In this document: positions 19,170 through 25,851 of the stretch, one piece after another | Layout: each line of letters begins with the position of its first letter | Position numbering within the stretch: the first letter of the stretch is position 1 | Origin: Pyrinomonadaceae bacterium | GTDB taxonomy: Bacteria > Acidobacteriota > Blastocatellia > Pyrinomonadales > Pyrinomonadaceae | Assembly: GCA_030372865.1 (NCBI GenBank) | Contig: JAUCQE010000172.1 | Location: 1 to 43,732 of the forward strand | Direction of reading: 5' to 3' | Length of the DNA: 43,732 bases | Translations under genes and position numbers: made by a program | Notes under the pieces: model-generated | The model's database searches: none | What the model saw: the letters and a program-made list of their open reading frames with translations, nothing else | Told to the model about the DNA's origin: nothing

Positions 19170-19334
19170 ATTAAACTCTCCCAAAACCATCACCGAAAAC
19201 GGCCGAACGGGCCGCACCACGTAAGAAGCATTTTACATACCAAACGTTGTTCGGTCCCCCGCAAATCTCCTTTGCCTACAGTGCTTTGTGTTAAACTTTC
19301 CGTACATTCACGCGAAAACAGAAGGGAAATTGTC

Positions 19335-19760
19335 ATGGAACAATCGGCTTATAAAGCAACCGTTAAATTTGCAGGCGACGAGATGTTTGTCGGCACCAGC
19401 CCGAGCGGGCATGCCTTTGCCATTGATACAAAAGGGGATAGGAAATCGGCACCGACGCCGATGGAGATGCTGCTCGTTTCGGTGGCGGCATGCACGGCCG
19501 CGGATGTTATCTCCATCCTGCAAAAGAAACGTCAGGACGTGACGGAATATTTGGTCGAGGTAACCGGCACGCGGGCAGAGGAGCATCCAAGGAAGTATAC
19601 CGCGTTCAACGTCCACCATATCGTGCGCGGACGCGGCATTTTGGAGAACGCAGTCGCGCAGGCGATCGAACTATCCGACACGAAATATTGTTCGGTCGCC
19701 GCGACCGTCCGCCCGACCGCGGAGATCACTACGACCTTTGAAATAATCGAAGCCGAATAG
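19335..19760 (+). CDS. OsmC/Ohr-family peroxiredoxin-like protein
   Basis: The ATG at 19335 follows GAAGGGA. It has the OsmC pattern PTPMEMLLVSVAACTAADV ... LSDTKYCSVAATV with the two conserved Cys. Confidence 0.9.
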   Translation: MEQSAYKATVKFAGDEMFVGTSPSGHAFAIDTKGDRKSAPTPMEMLLVSVAACTAADVISILQKKRQDVTEYLVEVTGTRAEEHPRKYTAFNVHHIVRGRGILENAVAQAIELSDTKYCSVAATVRPTAEITTTFEIIEAE

Positions 19761-19811
19761 GCAGTCGCCGCATCTTGGCATACCGCTCTCCAGGAACAAC
19801 TCAGACCCGCA

Positions 19812-22040
19812 ATGATGAAACCGCTATTCACACTTACTTTTGTCATATACGTCGCTCTCACGGCCATAACATCGACGGACGCCCAACGTCGCGCGACAGG
19901 CGTTCCTCTCGAAACCCAGGTCCGCATTCTGAAGGCGGAAGACGAACGGCGTTTCGATACGGTTCTTGAAGGCTTGCTTAAGGACCCGAGCGAGGCCGTG
20001 CGTGTCCGTGCGGCGCTTGCTGCGGGGCGTATTGGCGATGCCGCAGCGGTTCCTTCGTTAGTCAGGCTCCTTGCGTCCGATCGATCAGAAAAGGTGCTTG
20101 AGATGGCGGCATTCGCTCTTGGCGAGATCGAATCGATCGATGCCGCCGACGCGATCCTGCGGTTGATCGGCGAAACCGGCAAAGCCATGATGCCGAACGC
20201 CGCGAAGGCAAACGTCCGCGGCCGCCTCGCTGAAGCCGCCGGTAAGATCGCCGCGGCGAATGTGAAGCATGCAAAGGCAAAAGACCTCGGTCAGGCAATC
20301 GTGTTCACACTCGAAGCAGAGGATCTCAAAAAGGCGAAGCAGGATAAAGAGACGGTACTGCTCGCCCTAACTGCAGCTCTTCGTGCGCGGCCCGAAGGCG
20401 CGGCCGAGACGGTCGCAAAGTTTCTTGTAAACCTTGACGCTCGCGTTCGGGCCGACGCAGCGAACACACTCGCGCGTCTCCGGGCGAAGAATGCCAACGA
20501 AGAATTGCGGGCGATGCTCGCCTCTGATCCGGACCCCGTCGCTCGCGCCAACGCCGCTCGAGCATTAGGTGCCGCCGAAGATAAAGAAGCTCTCGAAATT
20601 CTTCTGAAGGCCGCAACCGATGACACCGATCAGCGCGTTCGGGTTTCCGCAGTCCGCTCGCTCGCATCTCTAAAAGACGCGAAAGCGGCTGAGCCGCTGC
20701 TGTCGCGCGCCGAAAAGATCTTTGCTCTTTACAAGGCCTCCCATAAAGCCGACGTGATACCAAGCGAGAACAGCGAATTCGCCGAGGTCGCCGTTACGCT
20801 TGGCCGTCTCCTGGCAAATACCCGGAACGAGCGGGCCGTAAATCTTTTTCGCGAATACGGCAAGCTAGATAAAGGCCGCACGCCGGAGGTTTACATCGCC
20901 CGCCTCCGCATCGCTCCGGGACGCGGTGACGGCGGAGGACAGGAGCTAACGAGTTGGCGGCAATATAGCACGCTCGCTCAGCTGATCGGCGAAGTGGCCT
21001 CGCTCGAACCGACCGACGAAGAAGGCAAAGCTTTCAAAGCGCAGGGCCCGGCAGTTGTCGGCCCGCTCGCCCGTGCTTACGCCACGGCAGATCCCTCAAA
21101 TGAGGGCGAATTGATGCTTGCCGGCCCCGAATTGCTGTCGGCATACGCGAAGTTCAAAACCGAGGATCTCGACGCTGTTCTGCGCGACGGCTTAAAGAAC
21201 AAAGACACCTTCATCCGTGCGACGTCCGCGTCGCTGCTGGGCGATCAGCCTGCGTCGAAAGAGAACCTTGACGCGCTGAACAAGGCGATGGAATACGCGA
21301 TCTTCAACGATCGTGAGTACAACGACGCGGTGCTCGCCACGCTCGAAGCCCTTTTCAAGCTCGACAAGAAAGCGGCAGTTCCCGCGATGGAACTCGGTGC
21401 CGGTTCTTTGGATCATCTTGTTCGCCGGCGAGTTCACGAGATGATGAACGACGAATCATTCAAAGGCGTCGAGCTTACTCCAATCTTGAAAAATATCGAT
21501 AAAGCTCATCTCCTCCGCGTAAAGCCGCACGCCGGCAGGGGAACGAAGATCGGCCAGGTTCTCAATACCGATGCCGATTATCGTCGTGCCGCCTCGCGGA
21601 AGAACGGAACGGTCAAGGCCGTCCTCACAACGCAGAAGGGAAATTTCACGATCGACCTTTTGCCGGAAGACTCGCCGCTGACTGTAGATAATTTCGTAAA
21701 GCTTGCGAATGCGAAATACTTTGACGGGCTTGAGGTCCACCGAGTCGTGCCGAATTTCGTGATGCAGGACGGCGACGCTCGCGGCGACGGAAACGGCGGC
21801 CCCGGTTGGTCGATCCGCTGCGAGATAAACATGGTCGATTACGGCCGCGGAGCGGTCGGCATGGCCCTGAGCGGTAAAGACACCGGCGGCTCACAGTGGT
21901 TCGTAACCCACTCGCCGCAACCGCACCTGGACGGCGGCTACACCGTCTTCGGCCAAGTGAACGAAAAGGACATGGCTGTCGTAGATAAGATAGTTCGAGG
22001 CGACAAGATCCTGACCGTTCGCATAACTGAGAACCGCTAG
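19812..22040 (+). CDS. secreted HEAT-repeat protein fused to a C-terminal cyclophilin-type PPIase domain
   Basis: It has a signal peptide. Repeated HEAT-like units are present (VRVRAALAAGRIGD, ARVRADAANTLARL, PVARANAARALGA, QRVRVSAVRSLASL). The C-terminal domain carries HRVVPNFVMQDGD, GAVGMALSGKDTGGSQWFVT and LDGGYTVFGQV. Confidence 0.85.
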   Translation: MMKPLFTLTFVIYVALTAITSTDAQRRATGVPLETQVRILKAEDERRFDTVLEGLLKDPSEAVRVRAALAAGRIGDAAAVPSLVRLLASDRSEKVLEMAAFALGEIESIDAADAILRLIGETGKAMMPNAAKANVRGRLAEAAGKIAAANVKHAKAKDLGQAIVFTLEAEDLKKAKQDKETVLLALTAALRARPEGAAETVAKFLVNLDARVRADAANTLARLRAKNANEELRAMLASDPDPVARANAARALGAAEDKEALEILLKAATDDTDQRVRVSAVRSLASLKDAKAAEPLLSRAEKIFALYKASHKADVIPSENSEFAEVAVTLGRLLANTRNERAVNLFREYGKLDKGRTPEVYIARLRIAPGRGDGGGQELTSWRQYSTLAQLIGEVASLEPTDEEGKAFKAQGPAVVGPLARAYATADPSNEGELMLAGPELLSAYAKFKTEDLDAVLRDGLKNKDTFIRATSASLLGDQPASKENLDALNKAMEYAIFNDREYNDAVLATLEALFKLDKKAAVPAMELGAGSLDHLVRRRVHEMMNDESFKGVELTPILKNIDKAHLLRVKPHAGRGTKIGQVLNTDADYRRAASRKNGTVKAVLTTQKGNFTIDLLPEDSPLTVDNFVKLANAKYFDGLEVHRVVPNFVMQDGDARGDGNGGPGWSIRCEINMVDYGRGAVGMALSGKDTGGSQWFVTHSPQPHLDGGYTVFGQVNEKDMAVVDKIVRGDKILTVRITENR

Positions 22041-22162
22041 TCACAGAGAGCACGGAGATCGCTGAGACGAGTGACGTACTGATTCACAAGTTATTGGTGT
22101 TGCGGTTGCGGTGTAAAGAGAATCTCTCTGTGAAATCTGTGGTCTCTGTGGCAGATACTCCT

Positions 22163-22654
22163 ATGAATGATTCGAAACTAGCACGCCGGCAGGTTGAGGT
22201 TGAAGAGGGTCTCGATAATCTCGCGCATTATCTTGACGGGCTGTTTCGCATTCCCGGAACCGGCTGGCGGTTCGGGCTTGATTCACTGATCGGTTTGGTG
22301 CCGAACGTCGGCGACACGCTTACCTCGTTCGCTTCGTTTTACATTCTGCTCGCAGGGGTCCGGTACGGCGTGCCTAAGATTACGCTCCTCCGCATGGCGT
22401 TCAACATCGGCCTCGATTACGTTGTTGGCACCGTTCCGTTCATCGGCGATGCGTTCGATTTCTTTTGGAAGTCGAACAAGCAGAACATGGACCTGATCCG
22501 CACGCGGGCGACCGGTCGAAAGGGCACGACGTCCGATTATCTATTCGTGTTTGCGATCATCGGCCTTCTCATCCTGTTGCTCGTCGCTTCGATACTGATA
22601 AGCATCTACATCATCGGCGCCATCTTCTGGGAGATCTTTTCGGGGAATATTTGA
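22163..22654 (+). CDS. DUF4112-family membrane protein
   Basis: LDGLFRIPGTGWRFGLDSLIGLVPNVGDTLTSFASFYIL ... VPFIGDAFDFFWKSNKQN is the characteristic DUF4112 core. Start placed at the ATG at 22163. Confidence 0.8.
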   Translation: MNDSKLARRQVEVEEGLDNLAHYLDGLFRIPGTGWRFGLDSLIGLVPNVGDTLTSFASFYILLAGVRYGVPKITLLRMAFNIGLDYVVGTVPFIGDAFDFFWKSNKQNMDLIRTRATGRKGTTSDYLFVFAIIGLLILLLVASILISIYIIGAIFWEIFSGNI

Positions 22655-22680
22655 CGGCCCGGGTTTGATTATAGAAACGA

Positions 22681-22710
22681 AAAAGGCAGCTTATTTCTAA
22701 GCTGCCTTTT
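22681..22710. terminator. bidirectional rho-independent terminator
   Basis: AAAAGGCAGCTTA (22681-22693), loop TTTC, TAAGCTGCCTTTT (22698-22710). It lies between convergent genes. Confidence 0.8.
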
Positions 22711-22737
22711 GTTGCGTACCGCTCGACTCGTTACGGG

Positions 22738-23217
22738 TCAAGCTTGAGCTTCAGCGGCTTGCGAAGCGAACATCTTGTCGAGTGCCGTCTGCAGGACGCC
22801 GATACCGAACTCGCCGGCGGCACGCGTCTTCAGCTTTCCTTCCGCGTCGAAAAGATAGTAAACCGGGACCCAGCCCTGCTCATTAAGAAACGCGTCTTTC
22901 AACTTGTGCAGGCTGTCGACGGCGCAGACCTCTTCGATCTTGTTATCGCCGATCGCCTGGTTTACGGTATCGAGGTCTGTGTCGGCCTCGTATCGCGGCA
23001 TATGGACCGCAATCGTCTCAAGACCCATTGCACCGTACTTCTTCTTTATCTCGTTCAACTGCGGCATCTTGTCTTTACAGATCCCGCATGACACCGCCCA
23101 GAAATGCACGAGCGTCGGTTTTCCTTTTATCCTAGCTTCTGTTTCCTCTTGCGAGCCGTTGAACCAGGTCGTTGCACCTTCGAGCGACGGCATCGCGTCT
23201 CCTATTCTCATTGGCAT
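22738..23217 (-). CDS. cytoplasmic thioredoxin-fold thiol:disulfide oxidoreductase (TlpA/ResA-like, CxxC)
   Basis: It has the redoxin motif LVHFWAVSCGICKDKMPQL (C-G-I-C) and no signal peptide. It starts 33 nt downstream of the GrdB-like gene on the same strand. Confidence 0.85.
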   Translation of the reverse strand: MPMRIGDAMPSLEGATTWFNGSQEETEARIKGKPTLVHFWAVSCGICKDKMPQLNEIKKKYGAMGLETIAVHMPRYEADTDLDTVNQAIGDNKIEEVCAVDSLHKLKDAFLNEQGWVPVYYLFDAEGKLKTRAAGEFGIGVLQTALDKMFASQAAEAQA

Positions 23218-23250
23218 GATGTTATAAATCCCCTTGTATTGATTGATCTT

Positions 23251-23985
23251 TTATTTCTTTCCTACGCTGACCGGTTCGTGATACTCACCATATTCCGGAT
23301 ATTCCATCGTGACCACTTCGCCGGGGCGAGTATTTTGGGTCAACTGATAAAGCGCATCTTTTACGATCTGCCGCTGCAGCGAACGCATTCCCGGTTTGCC
23401 CAGTGAATTTCCGATCTTAAACCCGTTCGGGTAGATCGCACGCGGCGGCCTCATCTGTGCTGAGACCTGCGGGCTGACCGTGACCAGCACCGTCGGAATT
23501 CCAAGCATCTCGATCTCTCTCTGTACCGCGACGACCGTGCGGTGGCAAACGTTCGGTCAGCCGCCGGTCAGCAGTACGATGTCCGCCCGCGAACCCTTGT
23601 CTATTTCCGACGCGATCGCCGGTGCCGTCTGGTCATACATGTCCTTGAGCCGCATTGTGTAGCCCATGAACCCGACGTGCTTTCTGGCAACGCCGCCGAT
23701 AAAGCCTTCCTCGACCAGATCGTTCAACACGTCGATCGGGAAGACGACATTGATATCCTGGTCGGCGTCCGCATGGTCGTAGTGATGGTGCGTCACCATC
23801 AGGTCGGCCGAAGAAACATCTTCGCCCATCACGCGATACGTTAGGTCGCCGAGCTCATCGGCCGTGTTGAATGGCTCTTGGTCTTTCCGGTGCACGCCTG
23901 CCGCAGTCACGATCGCGACGGTTGCATTCGAAAGATCGCCTTCGAACGGCGTGAATGGAACGCATTTTCTGGATAAGTTTGCCAT
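23251..23985 (-). CDS. short GrdB/PrdB-family (glycine/sarcosine/betaine/D-proline reductase selenoprotein B-like) protein with an in-frame TGA read as selenocysteine
   Basis: Track ORFs 23557-24000 and 23251-23508 are in the same frame, separated only by TGA at 23557-23559. The joined sequence reads ..RADIVLLTGG-U-PNVCHRTVVAVQREIEMLGIPTVLVT.., which resembles the Sec/Cys redox region plus the xxEIExxGIP segment of GrdB. Start is the ATG at 23985 (a TTG at 24000 is possible). Confidence 0.7.
23525..23543 (-). promoter_or_regulatory. candidate bacterial SECIS-like stem-loop for the GrdB-like gene
   Basis: In the mRNA, ACCGC-ACGGUCGUC-GCGGU starts 14 nt after the UGA. The 9-nt loop contains GGU about 21-23 nt from the UGA. 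The stem is only 5 bp. Confidence 0.3.
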
Positions 23986-24001
23986 TTCAAAACCATACAA
24001 A

Positions 24002-24059
24002 AAGGCCGCAGATCCGGTCGGAGCATCTTCCGCGATGTCCCTGACTTTTCTGCGGCCTT
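24002..24059 (-). terminator. long imperfect hairpin plus U-tract between the Sec-peroxiredoxin and the GrdB-like gene (terminator or attenuator)
   Basis: AAGGCCGCAG (24002-24011) pairs with CTGCGGCCTT (24050-24059), with inner helices (GUC-A-GG/CC-GAC and CAUC/GAUG). On the minus strand the stem is followed by TTTTG. Confidence 0.45.
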
Positions 24060-24078
24060 ATTCCAAAAACTGCTGTCG

Positions 24079-24543
24079 CTACAACTTTCTCAGAACATCG
24101 AACAATTCTTCGTTGTCCGGCTGGTCTGAGATGTCGTGGATATCGATATAGGCGATCTTGCCTTCCTTGTCCACGATGAAGAGGGCACGTTCGGTAATAC
24201 CGTCTGCCTCGCGCCATGCTCCGTAGCTTTTGGCGACCTCTCCTTTCGGGTGAAAATCGGCTAGCAGCGGATAATTGATACCGCCGAGCGATTTCGCCCA
24301 TGCGACGTGCGATGGAATACTGTCGACTGAAATGCCCAGAACCTGGGCATCATATCCTTCGAAGCGTTCTGTATCTGCTTCGTAGGACGGCATTTGCACC
24401 GTTCAAACGGGCGTCCAGTCGAGTGGGTAGAACGCGATGACCACGTTCTTCTTGCCCCGGAAATCCGAAAGCCGCACCTTGTTTTCTTTGTCCAGGTGGT
24501 TCGGCAGTTCGAAATCCGGAGCCTGATCTCCAATGTTTAACAT
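24079..24543 (-). CDS. AhpE/Bcp-like peroxiredoxin with an in-frame TGA (selenocysteine) at the peroxidatic Cys position
   Basis: Track ORFs 24403-24621 and 24079-24399 share a frame. The TGA at 24403-24405 gives ..[26 protein letters not shown].., placing it exactly where the Prx motif PxxxTxxC has the catalytic Cys. The ATG at 24543 is preceded by AGGAGA ([14 protein letters not shown]..). Confidence 0.75.
24355..24387 (-). promoter_or_regulatory. candidate bacterial SECIS stem-loop for the Sec-peroxiredoxin
   Basis: In the mRNA, UCCU-A-CGAAGC [AGAUACAGAAC] GCUUCG-A-AGGA forms 10 bp with one A/A mismatch. It starts at the 16th nt after the UGA. The 11-nt apical loop lies 27-37 nt from the UGA. 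Confidence 0.4.
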
Positions 24544-24558
24544 AGAGTCGTCTCCTAT

Positions 24559-24638
24559 TTGATTATCAAGAACTCTTTCGGCTAAAAAGCTGCCTACGAC
24601 TAGCTTACAACCGAATGCCACCGGGATTCAATTATCAA
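24559..24638 (-). promoter_or_regulatory. two GATAAT-containing Fur-box-like motifs upstream of the Sec-peroxiredoxin gene
   Basis: In gene orientation, TTGATAATCAA (24559-24569) is a 5-1-5 palindrome abutting the RBS. TTGATAATTG (24629-24638) lies just after the upstream terminator. Confidence 0.3.
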
Positions 24639-24645
24639 AATTCGA

Positions 24646-24667
24646 GGGGCGGACCTGCGTCCGCCCC
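24646..24667 (-). terminator. rho-independent terminator of the 2-Cys peroxiredoxin gene
   Basis: GGGGCGGAC (24646-24654), loop CTGC, GTCCGCCCC (24659-24667). On the minus strand the stem is followed by TCGAATTTT. Confidence 0.75.
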
Positions 24668-24683
24668 AAGCTTGTGAAACCGG

Positions 24684-25265
24684 TTATACCTTCAGGTTTT
24701 CCTGGCCCGGCTTCCAGTCTGCCGCACACAGGCCGCCGGTCTGCAGGCCCTGCAGCACGCGAAGCGTCTCATCGACCGAACGTCCGATGTTCAGGTCGTG
24801 AACGACCGAGTACTGAAGAACGCCTTCCGGATTGATGATGAAGAGGCCGCGAAGGGCGACGTTATTCTCTTCAACAAGGATGTTGTACGCACGTGCGAGC
24901 TTGCCGCCGATGTCCGAAGCGATCGGGTACTTAACGCCCTCGATGCCGTTCTTGTCCTGCGGCGTCTTGAGCCATGCACGGTGCGAGTGGACCGAGTCGG
25001 TCGAGATACCCAGAACTTCAGCGCCGACGCCCTGGAATTCTTCGAGGCGGTCCGAGAAGTGGATCAGCTCGGTCGGGCACACGAAAGTGAAGTCGAGCGG
25101 GTAGAACAAAAGAATCAACCATTTGCCCTTGTAATCAGAAAGCTTGACGTTCTCGGCAAGGGTTTCGATGTTCTTGGTCGAGGGCATGTTGAAATCCGGT
25201 GCGGGCTGGCCGACCTTGGCGAGAGTGACAGTGTTCTCTAATGCAGTACCAGTAGCTGTTGACAT
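24684..25265 (-). CDS. typical 2-Cys peroxiredoxin (AhpC/Prx1 subfamily)
   Basis: LILLFYPLDFTFVCPTE carries the peroxidatic Cys. The C-terminal GGLCAADWKPG carries the resolving Cys. The ATG at 25265 is preceded by AAGGAG. Confidence 0.92.
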   Translation of the reverse strand: MSTATGTALENTVTLAKVGQPAPDFNMPSTKNIETLAENVKLSDYKGKWLILLFYPLDFTFVCPTELIHFSDRLEEFQGVGAEVLGISTDSVHSHRAWLKTPQDKNGIEGVKYPIASDIGGKLARAYNILVEENNVALRGLFIINPEGVLQYSVVHDLNIGRSVDETLRVLQGLQTGGLCAADWKPGQENLKV

Positions 25266-25314
25266 TTATTTGTGTAACTCCTTGTTCTGTGATTATTTAT
25301 GATCTAAACCGCAC

Positions 25315-25369
25315 GGGACGCGGAGAACCTTAGGTAACGAGAGTTCTCTCAAACGCTCAGCCGCGTCCC
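25315..25369 (-). other. structured intergenic element between the Fur-family gene and the 2-Cys peroxiredoxin gene
   Basis: GGGACGCGG (25315-25323) pairs with CCGCGTCCC (25361-25369). It encloses an inner GAGAAC/GTTCTC helix. No clear U-tract follows on the minus strand. Confidence 0.35.
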
Positions 25370-25382
25370 TGTTGCGATCTTT

Positions 25383-25838
25383 TTAATTATTGCTTGCGCA
25401 ATCGGGGCAAAGTCCCCTTAACGTAAACTCCAAAGATTCCGGCTTGAACCGCGAATTCTTCGCGGCCTGCTTTACGAGGTCGGCCGGATGTTCCATTTCA
25501 ATATCGACCAGCTTGCCGCAAACTGTGCAGATCGCATGGTCGTGGCGGTGCGTCATCTTGTCGAAACGGCTCGCACCGTTGCCGAACTGGATCTCCGCGA
25601 TATGGCCCGCTTCTTTCAAATACCGCAGGCTGTTATAGACCGTCGCAAAGCTGATCGATGGCAGCATTTCTTTCGCCGCCGCAAAAACTTCGTTCGCTGT
25701 CAGGTGAGCGTCCGCCTCGCGGATCGTCCGCAGGACGACCTCACGCTGCCGCGTCAACCCCAATGCAGATATTGCTTTGTCTTCCACTTTCTTAATTCCT
25801 TGAGTGCCCGCAGGCGGACACAATTCTAAGTTGGCCAC
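25383..25838 (-). CDS. Fur-family metalloregulator (PerR-like by context)
   Basis: It has a wHTH segment (LTRQREVVLRTI..HLTANEVF..ISFATVYNSLRYL), a His cluster THRHDHAIC and two CxxC pairs (CTVCG, CPDC). GTG start. Confidence 0.88.
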   Translation of the reverse strand: MANLELCPPAGTQGIKKVEDKAISALGLTRQREVVLRTIREADAHLTANEVFAAAKEMLPSISFATVYNSLRYLKEAGHIAEIQFGNGASRFDKMTHRHDHAICTVCGKLVDIEMEHPADLVKQAAKNSRFKPESLEFTLRGLCPDCASNN

Positions 25839-25851
25839 TTTCGAACTAGAG

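Noticed and set aside
23251-24000. Calling the GrdB-like gene part of a glycine/sarcosine/betaine or D-proline reductase complex.
   Set aside because: No grdA, grdE, grdC/D, prdA or associated thioredoxin reductase genes are present in the window. The protein is also only about 244 aa, far shorter than canonical GrdB.
24331-24349. A perfect 8-bp hairpin, AUGCCCAG-GUU-CUGGGCAU, inside the Sec-peroxiredoxin coding region, considered as the SECIS element.
   Set aside because: It begins 53 nt after the UGA, outside the usual 16-37 nt window for the apical loop. The 24355-24387 helix fits better. The hairpin is still notable and may be structural or part of a larger fold.
23251-24621. Interpreting the two split ORF pairs (23251-23508 / 23557-24000 and 24079-24399 / 24403-24621) as pseudogenes with nonsense mutations.
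   Set aside because: Each pair is interrupted by exactly one codon. In both cases that codon is TGA, with no frameshift, and it falls on a catalytic or redox Cys position. The downstream parts remain intact and family-like. Selenocysteine recoding is the more economical reading, although it is unproven without the Sec machinery and SECIS validation.
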